Positions 14,642 to 26,647 of a DNA stretch of 64,000 nt are shown here, piece by piece (the first letter of the stretch is position 1; every line of letters begins with the position of its first letter). The position numbers and the translations under genes were made by a program. The notes below the pieces were generated by a model. That model was not told the origin of the DNA. It ran no database searches and saw only the letters and a list, made by a program, of their open reading frames with translations. The DNA comes from Nemertoderma westbladi (taxonomy: Eukaryota; Animalia; Xenacoelomorpha): NCBI GenBank assembly GCA_032718475.1, contig JAUCBJ010007002.1, forward strand, positions 9,028 to 73,027, given 5' to 3'.

Positions 14642-16004
14642 TTACGTTATGGAGTCCCTAGATGTTTGAAGGATTAGGGAGGTGGTCGTGGGAAGAGAAT
14701 CTTGCCTTCCACAGTTTCCGGAGAGTCCTCCATTCCCTTCCGGTAAACACAAACGACCGACTGGGTGATTGAGTCGCTGCATCCCGAATACAATTCCAGG
14801 TTTCCTCTTCGTCCTGGAATAGTGACGATAGAAACATCGCTCTAGGTACACGACGGCCTTACAAAGCCGATTCCAGGAGCTATAGTGGTCCGTCGCTCCC
14901 TGCAGGAGAGGTGAGAGTCCCTGCGAGACGTCTGATGTTCCAGAGCTCCAATCGCTCTCTCTGATCTTCATGAAGGATCCACTCGCGGTGGGGAGGTCCA
15001 GATCCACGGCGTCGTCCCTGGCAATATGTAATACCGACAGATCTATCCCGGGTTCAAATAACTCCGATCCACCCGTCCGGGTTTTAGGTTTGACTTTCTC
15101 CGCTCCCTTGGCTGGTCTAATCTCAGTCGGAGTAAGATGGGGAGGCCATTCATCCTCCTTACTCAGGAAGTCGGGTTCACCTAACCGGTCTGTAGTATCT
15201 GTCAGTTCTTGAGGAGTTGCTCCTCTGGAAGCGATGTCAGTTGGATTAAACTTCTTGGGGCAATATCTCCATTGATCTACATTGGAGCTAATATCGTCAT
15301 TATCTGAGGAGTATGGTGTTCCCTCAGTTGGGTCGTCTCCCTCACTAGTATCATCTTCCCATTCACTCACCTGGCAGACGCGATCTTGAAGCAGTCTTTC
15401 TCTGAGCGTTCTTCGGGAAGGTCCAGTAAGGTACCAACCTACTCTAGTTCTTACCGCATAGGTCTGAAGTGGTTGCGGTTGAGCAGGTCGTTTCTCCAAT
15501 GTCTCCAGCGCCTCATGCGCGTTTTGACCGATTAATATTTGTACTCCAGGATAATCGGTGTCGAATCTAGGAATGTTAAGTTGTTGGGCATGATCATCTT
15601 CGTCCCAATTATAAGGTTCCACTTGGGTGGTAGCGAAGTTCTTTATTGCCACCATTTTGACTGACCTTATACTGTGTTCTCCTAGTTTATCCTGTGGAGT
15701 GGACAACTCACCTATATAATAGTCGGCAGCCACAGCAGATTTCCAAACCTGCATGATCCCTGACATGTTTAGCTTGGTTCGGAACTTGGGTTGTCCAGCA
15801 AAGATGTCTTCGGCTAGTTCTTTATCGATGAATGTTCCTGTGCTGCCGGAGTCCAGGAGGGCGTTCACTATATAGCTCTTCTGAGGTCCGTGGACCCGTA
15901 ACTGGACTACAGGAAATTCTCGGATTCCTACATTTGAAGTTGGCGCTTTCCAAGATTGTTGTTGATCTGAAGTAGTTAGAGTGAGGTCACTTTCTGTATC
16001 TTTT
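14642..16004 (-). pseudogene. pol: C protease fused in frame to the RNase H tail and integrase C-terminal tail
   Basis: LLDSGSTG...SDNDDI|SSNVDQWRYCPKKFNPTDIASRG...YSSWNRL...|KPGI...HPVGRLCL...RDSIT*. Confidence 0.88.
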
Positions 16005-18335
16005 TCATACAGTGAGTGCTCGATACACTGCGGTATTTATCATGTAACAGGATTCGTTTTCGTCGGAGAACTCGTCCGTATAGAATCCTTCCATCTCAGA
16101 TTGATCAGTGTCGTTCACATCACTGAATTGGACATGTAGTTCGGAATCACTCAACTGACTCGGACTATTTCGCTCGAATTCAGTGTGCAACAAGATATGA
16201 TGTTTCGCACCGCACTTTGCACACCTTGCGTCGGAGTAACAGGTTCGCCGTTGGTGTCCTCGTCTGAGGCAATTATAACACAACCGCTTATCCCACATGA
16301 CTTCCCGTCTCTCTTTTAATGATTTCTTTAAGAATTCATCGCACATATTCAAGCGGTGGGGCCCGTCGCACAGCACACATTTGGGTTTGATGTTACTTAC
16401 TTTAACCTGTGCTGTGTGGTGCACACTTGTTCTTTCCTCGGGCTTTCTTACATGAATTCTCTTGGGAGACGTAGGAGGGGTTTTTCTTACCGGTTCTCTT
16501 CTGTCATTGGGTCGAGACTTGAATTTACTTACCTGTTCTATAGGCGCTTTATTGCCATAATAAGATCTTTCAGTGTCTTTTCCGCTGTCCTCTCCTTGAG
16601 AAGTCTGGCTTTCGCCATCGTCGGTATAACACACTGGTGTTACCTTTCTCCTGGAAAGGGGTTTCTCACTTACCTTATTTTCCGGTGTCTTCTCTCTGGA
16701 CTGCTTGAGGAGTTGTAATTTCACTTCTCCGTCCAAGAATGACATGAGATCAGCCATGGTAGGGTCTCTTCGTTGTTGTTCCATCATATATAACACTGTC
16801 TTGTCCCAGCGTGTACCTACTCCACCCTTTGGCAGAGTTGATGCTAAGGCTCCTACAACCATAGAATTCTGGTATTCATGAGACTTACCTAACCAATCTA
16901 GCTGTCTACAGATCTCCTGAATTTCGTCGGAAAACTCTATAATCCCGCTGCTAAGAAACTTTCGGGGCACCATTAATTTTGCATACAAATACCTAGCTAT
17001 GTTAGTCCTATTACCATACCTGATGTTTATTGTATCCCAAACTTGTCTTAATCCATCTGGATGTCCAATAAACTTTAACGCCATTAACTTGGGAGATCCT
17101 TCCAAGCACTCGATGAGGAATCTAAGCTTTTCTCCGTTAGATAACATGGAGTTCTGTATGTTATCTTTGTAATATTCATTAAAAGGTAACCATTTCATCT
17201 CATCTCCATTGAACTTGACGATCTCTCCCATCTTTACCGCTTGACGGGCTTCGGTTCTAGCCATTTGACGCGTAAAACTTTCTTGGGCCATCGTATTATT
17301 TAATATCGAGTTATCGGTATATAAATTTCTCGGATTATTATCAAGTCTATATGGAATATCACTGTCAACAGGTTTATAATTACCCTTAATAGGGTTCACT
17401 ATAGGAGTTTCTACTTCACTAACACTAACAGTATAGATGCGTGTAGGCTCCACACCTTGCGCATGAAATACTTCAGACCTAACAGGTTGACACATTGTTA
17501 CAGAGGGTGGTGGTATACCCTTTTGTAAATTTACTAACTTATCGCGTTCTAACGCGATACTTTGCTGCACTTCTTGCAACGCTAACCTACCCTCTCTTAC
17601 TGCTCCCTTTAACTGCTGAACAGTCCCTTCCAACTCCCGGACCTGCTGGGAGGAACATTTACAATGTTCCCTCAGCTGCCCGAGCAGGAGACCCATCTCC
17701 CATCGTCCCTCAGCTACCCACTCGACCGCCGAAGCGGGAGTCGCCAACGTAGTAGCGGGCAAGCGAGAGATGACGGGCGATAAATTCTTAATATCTCGCT
17801 CGGCGTCCAGGATGGGTTCGGACTCGGGAACAGTCCTACTGGGCACAGGTAGTTTCGTGCTGTGCAAAGGGAATTTAGAGGTAGGTTCTGGGAGTACAGG
17901 TGTCTCTATCACCGCAGGGGTGGCTTTGAGAACAGGCCTAATTATTTCAGGCTCATCTACTATAGTAGGGAGTCTTTCTACTGTAATAATTTGGTCTGTG
18001 GGTTCTGTACTACCTAAGTCTGTGCTAGCTAGTCTCACCGCAGGAGGCAAATTAGGTAACTTCGGACAGTGTGGCATTCTTCTACGCCTGCTTGAACGAG
18101 ATTTATTACCTCTACTTTCGGGATCTCTTATATCACCTTCATCGGAGGAGGCAAATAACTGTCTTCCGATTTGTCTCCTCAAGTCTGCTTCTGCCACTGC
18201 CTCTGCCGCTTTTCTTTCTGCTTCTGCCGCTACTACTTTTCTTTCTTCTATCCTTTCAAGACACTGTCCAAGTCGAAGACTCATTCTAACACTTTTCAAA
18301 AGACTATCTGACAGTGCCCGTTTTGTGTCAGATAT
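16005..18335 (-). pseudogene. gag: C gag with N-terminal deletions, start codon changed to ATA, and a 1-nt frameshift before the protease
   Basis: Close match to A Gag from SSDEGD onward; CAAAC-ATA vs CAAAC-ATG in A; YRALTV* vs YRALTYE. Confidence 0.88.
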
Positions 18336-19679
18336 GTTTGATTGTACAGTTGAATGCCTACTGCTATATTACAGTCTAAGCAAGTCTAGTAATTCAGCAT
18401 TAACTGCTAGCCTAGTAATTAATTACCGATACTGCTACTCAGTGGAGCGTGATATATATATAATATATTAGAATACCGGTATGCTTATAGTATATATAAG
18501 TATTATTACAGACTAGGTTTGTCACAGAATGCCGGTAGGTACTTTCAGCACAAATATAAAAATATATAATAGGCCTATCGTGAATACCGGTATGCAGTTT
18601 ACACTTATAGTGTATATATATAAGTATAATTACAGACTAGAATTAATTACAGAATACCGGTATAATTTCAGCTTATATTTATAAAAATAAAGATAATAAG
18701 CCTATTGTAAATACCGGTATATCAATTATTTTAGAATAATTGAATTTCTGAATTTTAAGGGCTACTTGATTACTTTAACTTACTTTATTACCGTTATTTA
18801 AGCAGTAGTCCAACTGATATTGAGACCTAATTGTTGTATGGCAGGCCTACTATTTATAAATCATTTGAGTTGATTTATAATATATATATACCCGTTTAAT
18901 GGGTTTTGTCAATGTTTGAAATAAATGTTATTATTTCTGGGGGAGTCACTACACATAAGCTGTGCGCTCTCAGTGGAGTGCTACTTGTTAGACACTAAAA
19001 CAAATAATTCTAATTTACCTAAGTTACTTAATACTACAAATTACGTACAATTCGGGTTGAGATTACAATCTCTAAATAAACACAAAAATTTAATTACAAA
19101 TATACAAATACGAATTTTTAGGGTAATTTTACAAGAAGTCTACTAACCAGCCTAACAAAGGGTTAGAATATCTGGTTATTACAACGGACAGGTTACTACG
19201 GTATTTGAAAATAATAAGTAGTAGTAAATATACTGCGTTGTCCAGATAGGAAAATACCACCGCCTGACGACCTATAACCGTATCGCTATAGGTACTACGT
19301 TATGTATCACGGAGTGTCCCTACCTAGAAGTTAATTACCGCGGTCTACCAGAACCAACGTGCCTATTAACCACTTTACAACACAAATACACTGCCTACAC
19401 ACTCATAACTTTCGGAAAGCACTGTACACTAAACCCTAAATTAGGTACAAGTACTTGTATAACAAATAATTAGTAGTTAAAAATACTTGAACAGCCAAAA
19501 GAACCACGTTATCTGCCGGAGTGACCAAAGCACAAAATCTCCAGTCTTTACCTATGCCGAGCAGCCCTGATGTAGTACCGGGGTTAGTTTAACTATAACG
19601 GTATGTATAACAAACACAATTACTGTAGGAATAAACTTGGGGATATGAATGTTGCGAATAATCGCATAAACTCTGAATA

Positions 19680-20200
19680 ATAAATATTACGCTACGCGTA
19701 CAAACTACTCAAACAAAATGCAGACCAAACACTGACAGACTACTATCAAGCCTAAACAAACTACGGTATATGCAGACTCCAAAATGATTAGTTAGTATGC
19801 GTTCTAACCCAGTAGTACGACTTATTCTTTCACAGGGGGTTTACCTCACAGCACTTGAAGCCCCTACTTTCCTAACTTAGCACTTTATCGGACAGATGCT
19901 CTACACACACCGAAATTTCCTCAAACCCAACAACAGCCAGACAACTATCCAGCCTACAAATTATCTAAATAAAATTATACGCTACCCGTACAGACTACAA
20001 ACAAAGTACAGACCAAACGCTGGCGGACTCCTATCAGGCCTAAATAAACCACAGGACATGCAGACTCCGAAATGGTTAAGTAGCATGCGTTCTAACCCAG
20101 TAGTACGACTTATTCTTTAGATGGGGGTTTACCTTACAGCTATGGCTGCCCCTACTTCCTAACCGTTCTTTATCGGACATACACTCTGCATGCACTGCAA
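19680..20200. repeat. Degenerate ~290-bp tandem duplication in the 5' UTR of C
   Basis: GCGTTCTAACCCAGTAGTACGACTTATTCTTT at ~19799 and ~20087 with similar flanks. Confidence 0.8.
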
Positions 20201-20533
20201 TCCGTTCAGACCTAATCAACAGTTAGCCAACAGTCAAGCCTACAAATTATCTGTACAATCTGAGCAGCCTTACACGCCTTCTGCTCAATACTGGCCTACA
20301 AATAAATAAAACTGACAGAAATAAGTAAAATCTCAATAAAAAACCAGGGCGGGCCCTCCCTGATTAATTATTAAGGCCTACTGGTATATAACAATCAAAA
20401 TCGAATAATACTGCTATACCTGTACTGGAAGTACCGGTTAGGACAGTTGAGCCTACGGGCCTACAGCAGTACCGGTTCAGGTTTACCGGTTGACCGGTAC
20501 TTTCAACTTTATTGCTTACTGCAATAAAGAAGC

Positions 20534-20545
20534 TATATCCGTTAT
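20534..20545 (-). promoter_or_regulatory. Non-tRNA primer-binding-site candidate of C (ATAACGGATATA)
   Basis: Directly abuts the 5' LTR, has no TGG, and is a perfect 12-nt complement of LTR positions 21283-21294. Confidence 0.55.
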
Positions 20546-21758
20546 TGTTCGCGCTTTCAGACCTTTGGCAGGTTAACCCGCCAAATTAGGATGTCTTCTA
20601 GATAATAAATCGCTTTTAGCCTCTGACAAGTATTTGATTCACTACACTAGTTGAAACCAATCTGTGCGCGATCATTCACCCGCTGGATATACCCGGGAGA
20701 TTGACTTCGACGGCTTAATCTTATTGCTATGATAACCTAATGTATTATTCGACTGACAGTATTATATAATCTCTGACAATATTATTCACCTTCGGGGAAT
20801 ATTAACAGTTCCTTTTGGACGTGGCGCTCTATCTATATAAACAGAGCTATGACTTAAACTACATGCAACGATATGGCTTAGTTACAATTCACATATATGG
20901 CGCATTCTTTAGGAAATGCTTCGTTATCAGTCTCACTCATACACAATGCTGCACAATACTGCACACTGATCTGCCGATCTTCACTGATTTTAGTCACATA
21001 TAAAAGGAACACAGACCGACTCATGTAGGGTCTATCAGATAACATTAGATTCACTTCAAACCACTTTAACATAAGTCACAATCGTTATATGTAACCTGTC
21101 TCTCTTACCTTCGGTATATCAAGAATATTGGGTTTTCGGGGTTATTTCTCGTTATTCCAAATATAATATTTCATCAACCATATAATGAATAACCGACAGT
21201 AAATAGCAGTATAACGTTATAAAAGTATGCACGACAAGACCAGCCAAGCATTGAGTAAGTTGTTAACCATTGAGTTACCCAGATAACGGATATATGTCCT
21301 TATAATTAAGCCTACTAGTGTTAGGCTAAAAGCAGAAAAGCACAAATATTCCAAAAGCCGTTCTTTCTTGGCTCAGGACTGAATGATAACACTGCCCATA
21401 AAGCATTGCGTGATTTCTAGGAAATTTCTGTACAAGAACAGTAAAAACGCTCTTATTGGTTGACTGAACTGAGAGGCACCGTAGAACAAAGAAAATCGAC
21501 ACGTATACAGCTCAGCTGTTAACCGTCGTCATAGCAACTACTGTTTCAAGAGGGTCTAGCTATTTTGCGTCATAGAATTGCCATAGAATCACCAACCATG
21601 TCCCCCAAAGTACACATACGGAAGAAATAGCTCTTAGGTCCTCTAAAAAACACCGATACAGCAATAATACGGCGTCTTACGCCTACTAAACCAACTACAG
21701 AGTATTTTACGGGAAAAATAAGGAAAAATAACCGGGCAATTCCGCAAAAGCTTTTACA
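20546..21758 (-). repeat. 5' LTR of C (1213 bp)
   Basis: TGTAAAAG...GCGAACA on the minus strand; repeat of 10244-11456. Confidence 0.96.
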
Positions 21759-21763
21759 CCCAC

Positions 21764-23356
21764 CATGGAGTTGAAAAACAATCGATAACAACTCCATTAC
21801 GAATCGTATTCGATTGTTCGGCACGGGCTGGTCGCGGGTTACCGAGTCTCAACGATTGTTTGTATTCGGGACCGAGTTTAATCTCACAAGATCTCATTGA
21901 AATGCTACTGCGTTTTCGTCTGAACCTGTATTGCGCATTGGCGGATATCGAGAAGGCTTACTTACAGGTGATATTAGATGAAAACGATCGTGACGTCACA
22001 CGCTTCATGTGGCCAGAGGATCCAACCAATCCTCACAGTCCTTGGGTCACATATCGATTTCGAGTAGTCCTTTTTGGTGCTACTTGTTCCCAATTCCTTC
22101 TCAATGCTACTGTGCGTCATCATGTCCGCAAACTAAACCCTCCATGCGCTCAACGTATTCTCAATGGTTTGTACGTAGGCAATTTACAAGCTAATGATAA
22201 TTCTGAGCATTGTTTAATTAATTTTTATAACGAAAGTCGCGGTATTTTAGCCGCTGGTGGGTTTCCTTTAAGGGAGTGGGTTACTAATTCACCAGAATTA
22301 GCTGAGTTGATAAAAGTAAACCATGACGGACCTAAAGTAACTAATAATGAACAAAAGGTTTTGGGATTATGTTGGAACATGTCTGATGACGCCATAGGAT
22401 TCCAAGATAGGAACATGACATCATCAGCGGTTATTTTAACAAAACGTAAGGTTGTTAGTTTGGCATCAAGGGTTTTTGATCCATTGGGATTCATAAATCC
22501 AGTGACAATACGATCTCGTTTATTAATACGGGATATATGGGCTCTCGGTATTAAATGGGACGCCCCACTCCCAGACAACATTGTAAAAGAGTGGCATAAC
22601 ATTCTTTCTGATCTTATTTTGTGCTTTAGTTTTTGTCTGCCTAGGCAATTATGTGTAACTCCTGAAGCATCTATACACGCTTTTTGTGATGCATCAGGAA
22701 AAGCTTTCGGTGCTGTTATTTATATTGTTTTAGATAATATTTCTAAACTTGTGATTTCCAAGTGTAAACTTGCTCCAATCAAGGGTGGTAAAACCACGCC
22801 TTCATTACCGCAGCTAGAATTGACAGCTGCTGCTATTGGATCAAAACTTCTAAAGTTTGTAACAAACGTTTATAAAGTTGAAACTGATAATAGTAATAAA
22901 TTATTTTTGTGGACTGATAGTAAAATAACATTGGCCTGGATTAATTCTGACAAAATACAAAAACCGTATATCCAACGCCGTGTTCTAGAAATAAGAGAAA
23001 ACTTACCCAATGGTACATTTCTTTATGTACCAACAGACGACAATCCAGCTGATTGTTTATCTCGTGGTATTTCGGCCAAGAAATTTCTTAAATTTAATTT
23101 ATGGATTTCTGGTCCAACCTGGCTCACATCTGATAATTGGCCAAATCAAAGTGATATTTCTGTTGACCAAATGGAGCCAGGTGAACAGCCAATTGTATCT
23201 ATTGCAACAATGTCTGTTAATGAGACTGTTATTTGTACTCCCCCTGTTATATGTCCAATCGATATTAAACGTTTTGGGAATTTCAATAAGTTGATAACTA
23301 TAACAGCTTTAGTATTTCGTTTTATTAGAAATTTAAAGTATGCAATAAATTGTTGA
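21764..23356 (+). pseudogene. pol: B RT and Pao RNase H
   Basis: LRIVFDCS, ADIEKAYLQV, LFGATCSQF, LYVGN (expected YVDN), FDPLGF, HAFCDAS, WTDS, NPADCLSRG; frameshift near 23350. Confidence 0.93.
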
Positions 23357-25010
23357 TAAATCTCGTACTCGTACTATAGTTGATATTGTGCCAAGTAATG
23401 TGCATTTTAATATTTTTCCATTGTTACGAGTGAGTGAAGTGCGCGATGCTGAAATTTGGTTAGTCCAACAGGCACAGCGTGAATCTTATCCGGAGGTTTG
23501 GGATTACTTGATTACTTCTAAAGGTCGTATGCCAACTATTGTGCGTCAATTACGTCTTACTATGATGGATGGTGTGATACGTAGTGTGGGAAGAATCGAC
23601 AATGCCAATCTGCCATGGGAAACTAAATACCCCTTGTTTCTGCCATCCCACCATTGGTTAACACATTTAATCATTAAGTACACGCATGAACATTTAGTTA
23701 AGCACTCGGGTATTGCAGATACAGTAGTTTTCTTAAGACAGAGGTGGTGGATTCCAGCTATCCGTCAACGAGTTCGATCTCTGTGCAGACAGTGTACAAC
23801 ATGTCGTAAAATTCAAGGACCCCATTATCAAGTACCGCCTCCTCCCCCATTACCTAACATTCGAGTACAGGAATGTCATCCATTTAAGTGTAGTGGTGTA
23901 GATTACACCGGCAGTTTATTAGTGAAAGACAACGACTACAAATTCAAAGTGTATATAGCATTATTTACTTGTGCTGCGAGTCGTGCGGTCCATTTAGAAA
24001 TAGTGCGTGATAATAGTACTGATGCTTTCCTACTGGCTCTGCGACGATTTGTTGGGCGGCGAGGGTGTCCTTCGAGATTGTTAAGTGATAATTCGTCGAC
24101 ATTCACCTCAGCAGATGGTTGTTTAAGGCAGGCCAAAGAAGACCCTAGTGTCAGTAAGTTCTTATTGTCACATCGAATTACATGGGATTTTATCCCCCCA
24201 GCAGCACCATGGTTTGGCGGGATATGGGAACGCCTGGTGCGAATGATGAAGACTAGTTTGAAGAAGGTGTTAGGTTGCGCGTTAATATCTCTAGAAGAGT
24301 TGCAAACGCTTATTGTTGAGGTTGAGTGTATAATGAATGACAGACCTCTTACCTATGTTTCGGGAGATAATAATGATCCACAGCCACTAACTCCATCAAT
24401 GTTAATATCAGGTCACCGCATTAATACATTGTATAATCCCAATAGCCTCGATAGTGATGTGTGGCGTGATCCCGATTATTGTCCAACTGTATCTAGAGAT
24501 AGTCTAACTCGTGGTCATCTTCGTTTGCTAAAGTTATTGAGTGATCTGTGGACCCGGTGGTCCAAGGAATATTTAACAACATTGCGGGAGCACCATCGTT
24601 GGGATTCTCGTGACCCTAGTAATGTTGTGAGTGTTGGAGACGTAGTTCTCATCCATGATAATGTCCTACCGCGTGGGCGTTGGAATCTAGGCAAGGTGAT
24701 AGACTTACATCCGGGTAATGACGGTTGGGTTCGATTCGTAACCTTACGTACTGCTACGGGAATATACAAGAGACCAATTAAGAAACTCTATCCAATAGAA
24801 TTAGCGTCTCCCGCCTCCGACGATCCTATTGGTAACAACCCTGTGGTTTCTGCACGCCCCCAAGCGGTGGTTAAGTTCGACAATCCCTCAGAACGCCAGC
24901 CCTCACAGCGTAAGGCGGCTCAATCGGCTAGAGAGAGAGTTTCATCTTATTATGACGATATTAGTGACTCTTCAAAGTCTGAGTGCAGTTCTGGAAGTGA
25001 AAGTTTTTAG
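23349..25010 (+). pseudogene. pol: B integrase (HHCC zinc finger, DDE core, Pao C-terminal domain)
   Basis: HEHLVKHSG...CTTC, GVDYTG, LSDN, GGIWERLV, NDRPL, WSKEYL, VGDVVLI, RPIKKLYPIE. Confidence 0.93.
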
Positions 25011-25140
25011 TAACAAATGACGGATTTGTAGTTAGTTAATATGTATTGTTCAGTAATTATTATTCACGAAAGATGTTTGTAATAATTTTAGTGTATATTA
25101 TTTGCAACTGTACCCAATTGATTATTTTTAGGCGGGAGAA

Positions 25141-25411
25141 TGTAATAAAGTTATTACAGTAGATTTATACTATTTTATACTGTATACTTCTTTTGGTGAA
25201 GGTTTGCTACCGGTACAGTGCTGATAGATGATTTATTGATTGAGAGACAAGCCAGCAAGCAGATTATTATATATTTAGTATTGTCTGACAGCTGACCCCT
25301 TTTCTTGTTGCTTTAGCTGATTGCCGGATGCAGTCAGCATTATGTTCGACTGAAGGCTGACTGTTGGATACAGTCAGCACTGATATATTTGGTGTGTGTA
25401 TATTCCGCACA
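25141..25411 (+). repeat. 3' LTR of B, preceded by PPT AGGCGGGAGAA
   Basis: Repeat of 7244-7514. Confidence 0.96.
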
Positions 25412-25416
25412 ATAAA

Positions 25417-26647
25417 CAACAAGTTGAAAGTTCCTCGAGCGGAGTTAAAGGCGGCTCTATACGCTACAGCCATCGTCCGGAATGTAACAGAACAGATCGA
25501 CTATCCACTGGAGAAAACTGTCTATTGGACTGATGCTTTACTCGTGTTGGAGTATCTAACCAATGAAGTCTGTCAGTTCAGCGTCTTTGTTACCAACCGA
25601 GTAGCCATTATACTTAGTCGCACGAAGATAGATCAATGGAGACATTGCCCTGGGACGATTAATCCAGCCGACATCGCCTCCAGGGGAGCAACTCCACAAG
25701 AACTAATAGATACTCCAGACTGGTTAGGTGGACCTGACTTCCTAAGTAAGGAAGAGGATGAATGGCCTCCTCATCTTACCACGACGGAAATTAGACAAGC
25801 CAAGGGAGCGGAGAAAGTCAAACCTAAAACCCGGGCGAGTAAATCGAAGTTATTTAAACCCGTGATAGATCTGTCTGTACTACACACTTCCGGAGACGAC
25901 GTTTTGGATCCAAAATTTCCCACCACAAACAAGTCTGTTGTGGAAATCAGAGAGAGAGATTGGAAATCTGGAACACCAGACGTCTCGCAAGGACTCTCAC
26001 CTCTCCTGCAGAGAGCGATCTTTACCATGCTGGTAGAGAACGAGTTCTTAGCGAAATTCGAACTCGCTATTATTTTCATAAACCCCGTAGAGCTCTGAAC
26101 CAAGTCCTTAGGAACTGCATACCCTGTAGGAAAGCATTCAGTAGACCTTTAACACAGCAAGAGGCAGAATTACCTAGGGAATGAGTAAGCTTCTATGAAC
26201 CACCCTTCACAAATACCGGTGTAGATTTATTTGGCCCTATTGAAGTATATCGTGCTAGGACTATGGTCAAGAGATGGTGTGTCATCTTTGTCTGTATGAC
26301 TTGTAGAGCTATCCATCTCGATATGGTGAACGATTTATCTACCAATAGCTTCATATTGAGCTTACGCCGACAGATCGCTCGCTTTGGAACTAGTAACACG
26401 ATGAGATCTGATAAAGGAACGAACTTCATTGGTGCCAACAATGAAATCAAAGCTTACGTCAGAGATTGGAATCAAAGACAGGTGGACGATCAGCTAAGGA
26501 TAACCGCTTCTAGCTGGACCTTCAACGCCACCGACGCCCCTTGGTGGGGAGGAAGTTGGGAGAGATTAATCAGAAGCGTGAAGACCGCATTTCACTTTAT
26601 AGTGCCGTGCCGAGCGTATCTCACCGACGAACTTTTGCGGACGTTAA
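25417..26647 (+). pseudogene. pol: A RNase H end and integrase N-half, with an internal deletion/frameshift near 26018 and TGA at 26182
   Basis: VPRAEL, YWTD, NPADIASRG, then YHAGRE...CIPC, GVDLFGP, SDKGTNF, GGSWERLI. Confidence 0.9.

Larger units (their letters stand above)
10244..21758 (-). mobile_element. BEL/Pao element C, a non-autonomous relative of A (RT, most RNase H and integrase deleted), inverted inside B
   Basis: 1213-bp LTRs; TSD CCCAC at 10239-10243 and 21759-21763; interior is homologous to A in reverse complement. Confidence 0.96.
7244..25411 (+). mobile_element. BEL/Pao LTR retrotransposon B, full length, inserted in the RNase H of A and itself interrupted by C
   Basis: 271-bp LTRs TGT...ACA at both ends; TSD ATAAA at 7239-7243 and 25412-25416; PBS and PPT present. 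Confidence 0.96.
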
